A stretch of 64,000 bases of DNA from Paraspadella gotoi (taxonomy: Eukaryota > Animalia > Chaetognatha): positions 17,980,673 through 18,044,672 of the forward strand of contig CM119264.1 in assembly GCA_051294375.1 (NCBI GenBank), written 5' to 3'. Below are positions 39,239-53,124 of this stretch, piece after piece. How positions within the stretch are numbered: position 1 is the first letter of the stretch; the number at the start of each line of letters is the position of its first letter. The notes under the pieces are model-generated. The model saw only the letters and a list, made by a program, of their open reading frames with translations. It was not told the origin of the DNA and did not search any database. The position numbers and the translations under genes were made by a program.

Positions 39239-40799
39239 CTCTCTCGCTTGATTTCTTCCGGTGTTGTTTCTGTTTTGTCCTAAATTACTACGTAATATAT
39301 TTTGTTTACCTTATGTACCCTTTAAAAATTTTTTAGCTCACTTTTTCCGATTAAGATAGTGTAATATCAATTTGAACATCATCATCATCATCATCATTCA
39401 AAAGAATATTTCATCAAACAAAATAAAATTGTTCTTATTTATAATCAGGTTATATAATATATATTCGGTGATGGTTAAAATGTTCCTTAGTTATAATCAG
39501 GTTATATATTCTGTGATGGTGATTCTATAATGATCAACTTTTATTTGATGAGTTTTGTTTATTATGAAAAGAGAGACACTGTGGCGCCGGTGGGAATTAA
39601 AAAAAGTGAACAGGATCCGTCGAGGTGAAACAAGAGAATGAGAGCCTTTCATTTTTGGCCTTTCGATTGTCATCGGAGAAACAGACAAAAGAGCAATTGA
39701 TGCAAGAGACAAAAAAAAAAGTATTTCACCTCCAGACAAATGAAAACGTATCGGAAACTTGTTTGGCTCTTACTCTTAAAGCTCCCTTCGCTGCCTTTTG
39801 TTCGACGCCAATATTTTTTGCGTCACGTACGAGAAGATCCCGGCGTCATTTTCGATGGCACGATTGTTGTTTCTAATGTCGCGTATCAAAATGCCCTTAT
39901 CAGCCGAGTTTCGAAAAATGTTCTGGAACTTTAAATGTAAGTCGACTCGAGCTGAATTTTTCATCGCTACTTTTCATGCGAGGTTCGATGCGGTTATTGA
40001 TGGCATTTCCGATGCCACTTTTTATGGGAAACTCTCGAACGACACATGCGACGGACTAATGAAATTTGGCTCTTGTCGAATTATTGCCTCTAGTCTCTGT
40101 CAACCTGGATGATGGAGGCGGGAGAGAGGGAGGGGAGAAGGGGAGAAGGGGAGAAGAGAGTAATGGCGATAAGGGGAGACTGAACGCGAGTGAGAAATGA
40201 AGACCGAAGAGAATTTCAATCAAAAGTTGAAATAATTTTAGGCTCGGGAGTTTTTAACATGATAATTTTGAAATGTAAATACTACGTCCAAAATGTCTAT
40301 ATAAGTTATATTATAACATCTGGCTCTCATTGAAATTAGAAGACTAAAAGTTTCATTACACACGAGGAAGAAGCGTCACATTGGGCATGTAGCTTTAGTT
40401 GCTCTTCAGATTAATGTAGCTTTTTTAGGGGGAGCCTCTATACTGAAAAGATATATACGCAACTCTGACGACTTGTCCATATTTCAACGTCAAATACGAG
40501 ACGAGTTTTTCCTCGGACAAAACTCTGTTCACTTCCTGATTCCTCACAAGTCGGATTCACCGACGGCAGGGATTCCCCTTCAAATCGAAAAACGCGGAAA
40601 ACCTTAAAACCCGGATTAGCCCCTCAAAGGCAGGGGCCTAGGCTGGGGTTCGAGAGGGTGGTGGCGAGGGGTGGATGTGGGCGAATGCTGGCTGGCACGT
40701 GACTGGCATTGGTGACTTGGCCGCATTAGGCAATGGTGAATGACGTATGTTGCTCTATTGTGATCTATGATGTACGGTGATCTCTCACGCGCACCTTAG

Positions 40800-40821
40800 T
40801 TTGTTTGTTTGTTTGTTTGTT

Positions 40822-40917
<96 letters not shown>

Positions 40918-40918
40918 T
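40800..40918. repeat. (GTTT)n(CTTT)n compound microsatellite; second copy ~48537-48655
   Basis: Directly visible. Confidence 0.95.
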
Positions 40919-41632
40919 CGTTTTTCTTTTTCAATTATCTATATTATTTATTTGAATTTATTTACTATTTAATATTATTGTCATTATTTTAATATTTCTC
41001 CCTATTTTCTTTTTGGTCCAAACTTTCTATTTTATCTTTTCCCTTTTTTCTCCTTTTCGATTCTCATTTTTCCCCGATTTTTTTCTTCTGTTCCCTCCCT
41101 CTCTTAATTCCTCCTGTGCTTTCCTTTTTTTCTCTTTTCCTTATTCCCCGAATTTCCTTTTCTCCTTTTTCCTTCTTCCCTTAATTTCCTTTTTCTCTCT
41201 TACTCTTTCTTCTTTCCTTTTTTTTCCTTTTCCTCCTTATTTTTTTTCTTTCTCTCACTTTCCTTTTCTTTCCCGCTCTCTTGGTTCATCCGCGTGGAAA
41301 ACTGAGGAGATTCGTCTAGAGATGTTCCGTCGGTATTTTGGTTTTCGTCTTGGTTGTCGTCGTCGTCGTCTTCGTCGTTATAATCTCTGTCGTTGCTGTC
41401 GTCCTTGTCGTCGTCGCCATCAAAACGGCGATTTTTGGTTCGCCCCCTCTTCCTATTTTTTTTTTTTCTTTTAGTTTTTCTACTAGGCTACATTCTCTTT
41501 TGCTATTTTACTTAAAGTACTATTTGGTTTTTTTTTCTCTTTTGTATTTTATACATCTTCTAATTTATCATTATTTATCTGAATACTTTTTACTTTCTCC
41601 ATTCTTCTATTCTTCCGCTTTGCTTCTTCCTC

Positions 41633-41820
41633 TTTCCCTCATCTCTTTTTCCATTTTCCTCTTTTTCTTTTCCTTTTTATCCCTTTCCCTCATCTCCTTT
41701 TCCATTTTCCTCTTTTTCTTTTCCTTTTTATCCCTTTCCCTCGTCTCCTTTTCCATTTTCCTCTTTTTCTTTTCCTTTTTATCCCTTTCCCTCATCTCCT
41801 TTTCCATTTTCCTCTTTTTC
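41633..41820. repeat. 51-bp pyrimidine-rich minisatellite, ~3.7 copies
   Basis: Unit TTCCCTCATCTCCTTTTCCATTTTCCTCTTTTTCTTTTCCTTTTTATCCCT; explains the KEKKKRKMEKEMRERDK repeat ORF. Confidence 0.85.
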
Positions 41821-42389
41821 TCTTTCCCCCAGAGATTCGTTTCTTTTGTCTCACGATTCGGGTTTCGCTTCCGCGTCCTCGATTCGCCAAGATTCTCCTC
41901 CTCCTCCTCATCTTCCCCCTCCTCTTCACGCATTCAAACCCAATCACCACCTCACCCTATTTCCCTTCCTCTTCACTCTCTGTAGCACATCATGTCCTAA
42001 ATTGTCCTTAGTTTGTTTCTTATGACTTTTCATCATGATTTCTCGTTTTATTCTCTTACACCTGAAAATCTTTCTTCTTCTACTTTTTTTTTCTTACAAA
42101 ATCAAATTCATTCATTAAGAGGAAATTTACTTCTTTCATCTAAGTCAATGTTTTTTTAACCTTCATGAATTTTGTTTAACTTTTCCCCGAGTCTTTGACA
42201 ACAGCATGACTTACTAGCTCACTTAGATTGTTCGAATTGTACCGCATGGAGTATGGAGCCCACTAACATAAGTTCCAATCAAGTTCCTGGCGATAACTTT
42301 ACCCTAATATAGTACCACCAGCTCCCACTATTCGAGCAATGGTGCGCGCGCGCGCCTTGGGACGACGCAACGTTTGACTCATACGTCTG

Positions 42390-42462
<73 letters not shown>

Positions 42463-42537
42463 CTTCTCTCTTCTCCTCCCCCATATTCCCGGATATCATA
42501 ACCTCCTAACAACTTGGTCAAAACAGGAAAAAAGCAG

Positions 42538-42615
42538 GGGGCGGACCGCGAGGGGTGCGAGGAGTAGGGCATTTTCGTGGGGCAAAAACAGTGGGCGGCG
42601 GGGCGGCGGGGGCGG
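42538..42615 (+). promoter_or_regulatory. GC-box (GGGCGG) cluster
   Basis: Four GGGCGG within 80 bp (about 42539, 42593, 42601, 42610). Confidence 0.3.
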
Positions 42616-43453
42616 TTGAAGACTAAAACGAAGAAGATCAAACTGACTTTCGCTCTTTTTTACGCTCATCCTCTTCCAACGAGGAAACGAATAAAAAATA
42701 AGGGATGCGATCTTTCGGGAATGCCTTCTCTTTTTATCTCTTTTGAGTCTTCGTTTATCGGCCTCGTCCGATTTCCTTATCATCCCTTTTTTTCCTCCTT
42801 GCTTCCTCGTCGTTGTCGTTGTCGTTGTCGTCCTCGGGTTCGAGTTTGTTTCTTCTCTTTTTGTTGCCTTCAACTTCGTCTTCTTCTTCTATATTGTCAG
42901 CCTTGTTATCGTCGTCGGCGTCGTCGTCGTCGTCGTCGTCGTCGACGGCAGCATCACAGCTTTTGACGACAGACCCCGATGGTTTTAAGCTGAACGAAAA
43001 GACAATTTAAATACTGAATGACAAGTTGACATTCGTAATAACAAAGGAAACTAGCGAAGCGAAGAACGCGTCAGCGCAATTTTTAAAAATCCCGAAATTG
43101 AAATTCGATTTTTTTAAAGAAAGGAAGAAAAAAAGAGGATTGAAAACTAAGGCAAAAAAAAACCCCAAAAAAACAAACAAAAAAACTACGAATTCTGCAT
43201 CTGACTTGTACTTGTGCGTACAATGTACGCACATCACAAGTTTTAGACAAAGAATAAAAAAAAAAAAAGAATCCAACAGAGAACTGAACATTTCGTCATC
43301 AAAAATCCTCTTGATTACAATTAATTTCCAAACTATTAAAAAAAAGGGGGAAAAAAAAGAAAAAAGAAAAAAAAGCAGCTTTTTCTCTGATTCCAATCGA
43401 GATCAAAACTAGAGTTTCATGACAACGCAACATCTCGCTGCTACTACAGAGAT

Positions 43454-43572
<119 letters not shown>

Positions 43573-46500
43573 CAGAGACAGAGACAGAACACCCTTGGCG
43601 GCAGGAACTCATGGTGGAGTTCTCAAAAGTCGCACGCGAAAAAAGGCAGAAAGCGGACAATGTTGAAGAAGCGTTTGTCCTTGCATCTTGGTTCTTGGTT
43701 TTTTCCGCTTGTTTCTCTTCTTAATGATTTTTCTTTCGCTTCTTTGAACAATTGCAATATTTCTTTATTTATTGTCTCTCCTATAACTTTGACTTCCCTG
43801 GACAGTTTACTTATTTCTATCTGTCATCTCAACTCACCGCTTCTTAAATTTTTCTACCATCCTCCACATGCACCCAACCTTCTCTTCAGTTTTTCCCCAG
43901 CCCCATCTACACCACCTTTCAGCTACGCTACCTCCCCCCGCCTCCTTTCAGATTTCTTCTCCCCAGGGCCATGCGAGGGTCCGAAGCCGAGGCGAGCGAA
44001 TCGATCATATTAAGGCTACAATTATACGATCTGAGCTCCTGGCTCAATTCGGGCACGAAAATGCCATGAGTACGCGAAACAGAGATTGAGATAGAGAGAG
44101 ANNNNNNNNNNNNNNNNNNNNNNNNNNNNNNNNNNNNNNNNNNNNNNNNNNNNNNNNNNNNNNNNNNNNNNNNNNNNNNNNNNNNNNNNNNNNNNNNNNN
44201 NNNNNNNNNNNNNNNNNNNNNNNNNNNNNNNNNNNNNNNNNNNNNNNNNNNNNNNNNNNNNNNNNNNNNNNNNNNNNNNNNGAGAGAGATATATATAAAA
44301 AGATAGAGATGGTTGTCTTTTTTTTTCTGGCTTCGGCCAAAATAAATGGGTAGTAACCTTTCAATTTCTCTGTCATTCAGTCTTTTGTCAGTTTTCATTG
44401 GTTGTCTAATATTTAAAATATCAAAATATTAACTTTTCAATATCAATCTGATACAATTGATTCGTCCACTAAAACTTTTTCGAATTCCTTTCAAAGCAGA
44501 AATGTATTTCGTTTTAAGGATCCCATCAGCGAATAAAGAAGCTAATAATCTCGAAGTAAACGAGCGAACACGGCGCGACGGCGCGGCGAGAGAGAGAGAG
44601 AGANNNNNNNNNNNNNNNNNNNNNNNNNNNNNNNNNNNNNNNNNNNNNNNNNNNNNNNNNNNNNNNNNNNNNNNNNNNNNNNNNNNNNNNNNNNNNNNNN
44701 NNNNNNNNNNNNNNNNNNNNNNNNNNNNNNNNNNNNNNNNNNNNNNNNNNNNNNNNNNNNNNNNNNNNNNNNNAGAGAGAGAGAGAGAGAGAAGCAAGAG
44801 GGTTGGAAATGGGAGGGAGAGAACAGTGAAGAGATAAGAGTAAATTTAGCTGTGAAATGAAAGCTGTGAAATAAAAGAGAAATGAGAGGATAAAATTGAA
44901 CGTAACTGTGAGAGTACATTGAGATTATTGAGTCTCTGTGAGGATGAGAATTAAGGAGGAATCGCGAAATGAGGATGAGACGAAGCAGTTAAAATGAGGA
45001 TGAGGAACAGAGAAAGTGAAGCCGGTGATAAAATCGGATAAAACTTATGACGTTTTCCCTTTTTTATTTCTCCGCGGAGAAACATTAAGGAGGCAACGTC
45101 TGTAATCGGGGGAAAGTAAAAAAGGTTCGAGGGACAAAATTAGACTCGCATTCTCTCTCTCTCTCTCTCTCTCTNNNNNNNNNNNNNNNNNNNNNNNNNN
45201 NNNNNNNNNNNNNNNNNNNNNNNNNNNNNNNNNNNNNNNNNNNNNNNNNNNNNNNNNNNNNNNNNNNNNNNNNNNNNNNNNNNNNNNNNNNNNNNNNNNN
45301 NNNNNNNNNNNNNNNNNNNNNNNNNNNNNNNNNNGACTTTTTTTTATTAGAAAGACTGAGTGAGAGTAGTGAGAAGAGAAAAGATCACAACTTTTGTTTC
45401 CAGAAAGAAGCTTTAGTTCGATCGTAGCAAGTTGGCAGCGTATCATGGGTAGCGGCGGAGCAATTTCACAGACTTCAAGGTAGGCGTGGCTCTCACATTG
45501 TGGCAGCGAAGCAGGGCGTGTCACCGCGTATGAAAAAAGGATTTTTTTGCGTATCGAANNNNNNNNNNNNNNNNNNNNNNNNNNNNNNNNNNNNNNNNNN
45601 NNNNNNNNNNNNNNNNNNNNNNNNNNNNNNNNNNNNNNNNNNNNNNNNNNNNNNNNNNNNNNNNNNNNNNNNNNNNNNNNNNNNNNNNNNNNNNNNNNNN
45701 NNNNNNNNNNNNNNNNNNNNNNNNNNNNNNNNNNNNNNNNNNNNNNNNNNNNNNNNNNNNNNNNNNNNNNNNNNNNNNNNNNNNNNNNNNNNNNNNNNNN
45801 NNNNNNNNNNNNNNNNNNNNNNNNNNNNNNNNNNNNNNNNNNNNNNNNNNNNNNNNNNNNNNACAGAAAGGCTTCTTTAGAAACCGATAATCTTCTGTCT
45901 TTCCCTTTCGTCGTCTTCTATCGTATTATTTCTCCTTCGTCGTCGTNNNNNNNNNNGTCGTCGTCGTCCTTTTCCACGTCGAAGACAATTTTCTCTTTAA
46001 TTAGAAAACTGATGCGATGATCGAAACTTTTAATTCAGTTAAAAAAAAAGTTAAAACAAAACAAAACGAAGTTTTAAGAATAAAAACATTTTTTTAAATT
46101 AAAGCAAGATAAGGCGCTATTCGACGCTGCTTATCTCGTTGAGTGCGGTTGACGTTTTAAAAAGCCGCGATGAGCGAGAGAGATCTGCACTCCGGTTTGC
46201 TTCGCGGGAATAAGGTTGTGGGTGGCAATGATGTATAGAGCTCGACTCTTCGTCGGGAATAACGAAATGGGGTGACTTTTGCCTTCACAGTATTTCCATG
46301 CGGTAATTGAAGTATGCACTGTCTTAATGAAATCGATTAAAAAGATTTACTTAGAGATTTAGCGAGCGAGAGTTTTGGTGCGGCGATGCAGGAGGAACGA
46401 TTTTTTAATAAATCAAAAAAAAAAAAAAAAAGAGAGAGAGAGAGAATCCTTCTAAACGTTTTTGGTCATTTCAAATCGCAGTTTTTCTGCCATCGGCAAG

Positions 46501-48551
46501 GATGAAAAAAAAAATCGGTGCAATCTCGGGATTCCCATTAGTTTATTAAATTTAAATTAAATTAAAACAGCTTCAACAACATTTCGTACCGGTTTTTGAT
46601 GCCGAACGATTCCATTCATCATCCAGAATCCCCAGCTCCCAACTCCCTCCACGGCCCCCCCCCCCCAACGGACGTCGTTCGTCGTCGCCAATCGATTCCG
46701 CGTTCGTCTTCAATTTTCTACTTAATTCCTTTTTCCTTTCATCTTTCGATTTCTCTTTTTCTTCGTTTTTCGGTTCTCTCTTCTCTTTTCCTCCTTTTCT
46801 CCTCAATTTTTTGCGACTTTCTCTCCTCCCCTCGTCCCTGCGTTTCCTATGCTCCTCTCTCTCTCCTTCGCTCTCTCTCTCTCTTCTTCTCTTGCTCTCT
46901 CTCTCTCTGTTCTCTCTCGTCTCTCTCTCTCTCTCTTCTCTCTCTCNNNNNNNNNNNNNNNNNNNNNNNNNTGTTTCTGTTTGTCCTAAATTACTACGTA
47001 TATATTTTGTACCTTATTATTAACCTTTAAATTTTAGCTCACTTTTTTCCGATTAGATATTGTAATATCAATTTGAACATCATTCATCATCATCATCATT
47101 CAAAAGAATATTTCATCAAACAAAATTAAAATTGTCTTATTTTATAATCAGGTTTATATAATATATATTCGGTGATGTTAAAATGTTCCTTAGTTATAAA
47201 TTCAGGTTATATATTCTGTGATGGTTGATTTCTATAATGATCAACTTTATTGATGAGTTTTGTTTATTATGAAAAGAGAGACACGTGTGGCGCCGGTGGA
47301 ATTTAAAAAAAGTGCACAGGATCCGTCGAGGTTGAAACAAGAGAATGAGAGCCTTTCATTTTTGGCCTTTCGATTGTCATCGGGAGAAAACAGACAAAAG
47401 AGCAATTGATGCAAGAACAAAAAAAAAAGTATTTCAACCTCCAGACAAATGAAAAACGTATCGGAAAAACTTGTTTGGCTCTTACTCTTAAAGCTCCCTT
47501 TCGCGTGGCCTTTTGTTCGACGCCAATATTTTGCGTCACGTACGAGAAAGATCCGGCGGTCCATTTTCGATTGCACGATTGTTTTTCTAATGTCGCGATA
47601 ATCAAAAATGCCCTTATCAGCCGAGTTTCGAAAAATTTCTGGAACTTTAAATGTAAGTCGACTCGAGGCTGAATTTTTATCGCTACTTTTCATGCGAGCG
47701 TTCGATGCGGCTTATTTGATGGCATTTCCGATGCCACTTTTTATGGGAAACTCTCGAACAGACACATGCGACGACTAATGAAATTTGGCTCTTGGTCGAA
47801 TTATTGCTCTAGTTCTGTCAACTCTGGATGATGGGAGCGGCGAGAGGAGGGAGGGGAGAAGGGAGCAAGGGGAGAAGAGAGTAATGGCGGATAAGGGGAG
47901 ACTGAACGGCGATGAGAAATGAAGACCGAAGAGAATTCAATTCAAAGTTGAAAATAATTAGGGCGAAGTGTTAACATTGATATTTTAAATGTAAATACTA
48001 CGTCCAAAATGTCTATATAAGTTATATTATAACATCTGGCTTCTCATTGAAAATTAGAAGACTAAAAGTTTCATTACACACGAGAAGAAGGCGTCACATT
48101 TGGGCATGTAGCTTTAGTTGCTCTTCAGATTAATGTTAGCTTTTTTAGGGGGAGCCTCTATACTGAAAAGATATATACGCAACTCTGACGACCTTGTCAT
48201 ATTTTCAACGTTCAAATACGAGACGAGTTTTCCTCGGACAAAACTCTGTTCACTTCCTGATTCCTTCACAAGTCGGATTCACCGACGGCAGGGATTTCCC
48301 CTTACAAATCGAAAAACGCGGAAAACCTTAAAACCCGGTATTAGCCCCTCAAAAGGCAGGGGCCTAGGCGGGTTCGAGAGGGTGGTCGCGAGGGGTGATG
48401 GGTGCGAATGCTGGTGGCAACGTGACTGGCATTGGTGACTTGGCCGCATAGGCAATTGGTGAATGGACGTATGTTGCTCTTATTGTTGATCTATGATGTC
48501 TACGGTGATCTCTCACGCCGCACCTTAGTTTGTTATGTTTGTTTGTTTGTT

Positions 48552-48624
<73 letters not shown>

Positions 48625-50072
48625 TTTCTTTCTTTCTTTCTTTCTTTCTTCTTTCGTTTTTCTTTTCAATTATCTATATTATTTATTTGAATTTATTTTA
48701 CTATTTAATAATTTTGTTCATTATTTAATATTTCTCCTATTTTCTTTTTGGTTCCAAACTTTCTATTTTATCTTTTCCCTTTTTCTCCTTTTCGATTCTC
48801 ATTTTTTCCCCGATTTTTTTCTTCCTGTTCCCTCCCTCTTTAATTCCTCTGCTTGCTTTCCTTTTTTTTCTTTCTTTCCTTATTCCCCGAATTTCCTTTT
48901 CTCCTTTCCTCTTCCTTAATTCCTTTTCTCTCTTACTCTTTCTTCTTCCTTTTTTCCTTTCCTCCTTATTTTTTTTTCTTTCTCTCACTTTCCTTTTTCT
49001 TTCCCCTCTCTTGGTTCATCCGCGTGGAAACTGAGGAAGATTCGTTAGAGATGTTCCGCGGTATTTTGGTTCGTCATTTGGTTGTCGTTTTCGTCGTTCG
49101 CTTCGTCTTTATTAATCTCTGTCGTTTGTGTCGTCCTTGTCGTCGTCGCCAATCAAAACGGCGATTTTTGGTTCGCCCCCTCTTCCTATTTTTTTTTTCT
49201 TTAGTTTCTACTAGGCTACATTCTCTTTGCTATTTTACTTTAAGTTACTATTTGTTTTTTTTCTCTTTTGTATTTTATACATCTTCTAATTTATCATTAT
49301 TTATCTGAATATTTTTACTTTCTCCATTCTTCTATTTCTTCGCTGCTTCTTCCTCTTTCCTCTCTCTTTTTCCATTTTCCTCTTTTTCTTTTCCTTTTAT
49401 CCCTTTCCCTCATCTCCTTTTCCATTTCCTCTTTTTCTTTTTTCCCCTTTAATTTCCCCCCTTTCCCCGTTCCTTTTCCATTCCTCTTTTTCTCTTTCCC
49501 CCAGAGATTCTGTTTCTTTATGTTCTCACGATTCGGGTTTTTCGCTTCCCGCGTCCTCGATTCTGCCAAGATTCTCCTCCTCTCCTCATCTTCCCCCTCC
49601 TCTTCACGCTATTCAAAACCCAATCAAACCACCTCACCCTATTTCCCTTTCCTCTTCACTCTCTGTAGCACATTCATTCTAAAATTGTCCTTAGTTGTTT
49701 CTTATGATTTTCATCATGATTTTCTCGTTTTATTCTCTTACACCTGAAAATCTTCTCTTCTACTTTTTTTCTTACAAAATCAAATCATTCATTAAAGAGG
49801 AAATTTAACTTCTTTCATCTAAGTTCAATGTTTTTTTAACCTTCATGAAATTTTGTTTAACTTTTCCCCGAGTCTTTGACAAAACAGCAATGACTTACTA
49901 GCTCACTTAGATTGTTCGAATTGTACCGCATGGAGTATGGAGCCCACTAACATAAGTTCCAATCAAGTTCCTGGCGATAACTTTACCCTAATATTGGTAC
50001 CACCAGCTTCCCCACTATTCGGAGCAATGTGCGAGCGCGCGCCTTGGGACGACGCAACGTTTGACTCATACG

Positions 50073-50146
<74 letters not shown>

Positions 50147-51791
50147 CTCTCTTCTCTCCCCATATTCCCGGATATTCATAACCTCCTACAACTTGTCAAA
50201 AACAAGGAAAAAGCAGGGGGGCGGACCGGAGGGGTGCCGAGGAGTAGGGCATTTTCGTGGGGCAAAAACAGTGGGGGGGCGGCGGGGGCGGTTTTGAAGA
50301 CTAAAACGAGAAGATCAAACTGACTTTCGCTCTTTTTTACGCTCATCCTCTTCCAACGAGGAAACGAATTAAAAATAAGGGATTGCGATCTTTCGGAATG
50401 CCTTTCTCTTTTTATTCTTCTTTTGAGCTTGTTATCGGGCCTCGTTTCCGATTTCCTTATCATCCCCCCTTTTTTTTCTCCTTGCTTCCTCGTCGTTGTC
50501 GTTGTCGTTGTCGTCCTCCGGGTTCGAGTTTGTTTCTTTCTTTTTGTTGCCTTCCAACTTCGTCTTCTTCTTCTATATTGTCAGCCTTGTTATCGTTCGT
50601 CGGCGTCGTCGTCGTCGTCGTCGTCGTTCGTCGTCGACCGTGGCAGCATTACAGCTTTTGACGACAGACCCCGATGGTTTTAAGCTGAACGAAAAGACAA
50701 TTTAAATACTGAATGACAAGTTGACATTCGTAATAACAAAGGAAACTAGCGAAGCGAAGAACGCGTCAGCGCAATTTTTAAAATCCCGAATTGAAAATCG
50801 ATTTTTTAAAGAAAGCGAAGAAAAAAGAGCGATTTGAAAACTAGGCGAAAAAAAAAACCCCAAAAAAACAAACAAAAAAACTACGAATCTGCATCTGACT
50901 TGTACCTTTTGTGCTTGCAATGACGCACATCACAAGTTTAAGACAAAGAAATAAAAAAAAAAAAGAATCCAACAGAGGAACTGAACATTCGTCATCAAAA
51001 ATCCTCTTGATTACAATTAATTTCCAACTATTAAAAAAAAGGAAGTAAAAAAAAGAAAAAGAAAAAAAAGAGCTTTTTCTCTGATTCCAATCGAGATCAA
51101 AACTAGAGTTTCATGACAACGCAACATCTCGTGGCTACTACAGAGATACAAGAGAAAGAGAGAGAGAGGAGAGAGAGAGATGAGAGAGAGAGAGAGACCG
51201 AGAGAGAGAGAGAGAGAGAGAGAAGAGAGAAAACAGAGACAGAGACAGAACACCCTTGGCGGCAGGAACTCATGGTGGAGTTCTCAAAAGTCGCACGCGA
51301 AAAAGGCAGGAAGCGGACAAATGTTGAAGAAGCGTTTATGTCCTTTGCATCTTGGTTCTTGGTTTTTTCCGCTTGTTTCTCTTCTTAATGATATTTTCTT
51401 TCGCTTCTTTTGAACAATTTGCAATATTTCTTTATTTATTGTCTCTCCCTATAACTTTTGATTCCCTGAACAGTTTACTTATTTCTTATCTGTCCATCTC
51501 AACTCACCGCTTCTTAAATTTTTCTACCATCCTCCACATGCACCCAACCTTCTCCTTCAGTTTTTCCCCAGCCCCATCTACACCACCTTTCAGCCTTACG
51601 CTACCTCCCCCGCCTCCTTTCAGATTTCTTCTCCCCAGGGCCATTGCGAGGGTCGAAGCCGAGGGCGAGCGAAATCGATCATATTAAGGGCTACAATTTA
51701 TACGATCTGAGCTCCTGGTCAATTTCGGGCACGAAAATGCCATGAGTACGCGAAACAGAGATTGAGATAGAAGAGAGGGGAGAGAGAGACG

Positions 51792-51881
<90 letters not shown>

Positions 51882-52185
51882 AGAATATAAAAGATAGAGT
51901 GGTTGTTCTTTTTTCTGGCTTCGGCCAAAATAAATGGGTAGTACCTTTCAATTTCTCTGTTCATTTCAGTCTTTGTCAGTTTTCATTGGTTGTTCTAATA
52001 TTTAAATATCAAAATATTAACTTTTCAATATCAATCTGATTACAATGATTCGTCCACTAAAACTTTTTCGAATTCCTTTCAAAGCAGAAATGGTATTTCG
52101 TTTTAAGGATCCCATCAGCGAATAAAGAAGCTAATAATTCGAATAAACGAGCGAACACGGCGCGACGGCGCGGCGAGATGAGAGA

Positions 52186-52236
<51 letters not shown>

Positions 52237-52630
52237 GGAGAGAGAGAGAGAGGAGAGAAGCAGAGGGTTGGAAATGGGAGGGACGAGACAGGAAGAGAGT
52301 AAGAGTAAAATTTAGCCTGTGAAATGAAAGCTGTGAAATAAAAGAGAAAGAAATGAGAGGATAAAATTGAACGTAAACTGTGAGGTTACATTTGAGATTA
52401 TTGAGCTCTGTGAGGATGAGAATTAAGCGGAGGAATCGCGAAATGAGGATGAGACGAAGCAGTTAAAATGAGGATGAGGAACAGAGAAAGTTGAAGCCGG
52501 TGATAAAACGGATAAACTTATGACGTTTTCCCTTTTTTATTTCTCCGCGGAGAAACATTTAAAGGAGGCAACGTCTGTAATTCGTGGCGAAAGTAAAAAA
52601 GGTTCGAGCGGACAAAAATTAGACTCGCAT

Positions 52631-52723
<93 letters not shown>

Positions 52724-53049
52724 GGCTTCAATGACTCTCGTGACCAAATTTTGACTTTTTTATAGAAAGACTGTGAGTGAGAGTAGAGTAGTGAGAAGAG
52801 AAAAGATCACAACTTTTGTTTCCAGAAAGAAGCTTTAGTTCTATTCGGTAGCAAGTTGGCAGCGGTATCATGGGTTAGCGGCGGAGCAATTTCACAGACT
52901 TCAAAGGTAGGCGTGGCCTCTCACATTGTGGCAGCGAAGCAGGGCTGTTCACCGCGTATGAAAAAGGATTTTTTTGCGTATCGAATCTCGATTACTTGAT
53001 TTGCCTCTGGATGGCTTCAAAAGAAAGTTCAATTTTCTTACAAGTCCAA

Positions 53050-53124
<75 letters not shown>

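Noticed and set aside
39625-40790. Non-repetitive islands with short ORFs, possibly a transposon remnant
   Set aside because: No transposase or RT motifs, terminal repeats or target-site duplications seen.
43951-44089. ISSPQGHARVRSRGERIDHIKA resembles ephrin-B exon 2 ([22 protein letters not shown])
   Set aside because: The invariant Cys-Pro is absent in both copies, the acceptor phase is incompatible with the phase-2 donor, and there is no similarity downstream.
45404-45479. Exon-like 76-nt segment (TTTCCAG|...AAG|GTAGGC) reading RSFSSIVASWQRIMGSGGAISQTS
   Set aside because: No recognisable homology and the wrong phase to follow the ephrin exon; unsupported without RNA data.
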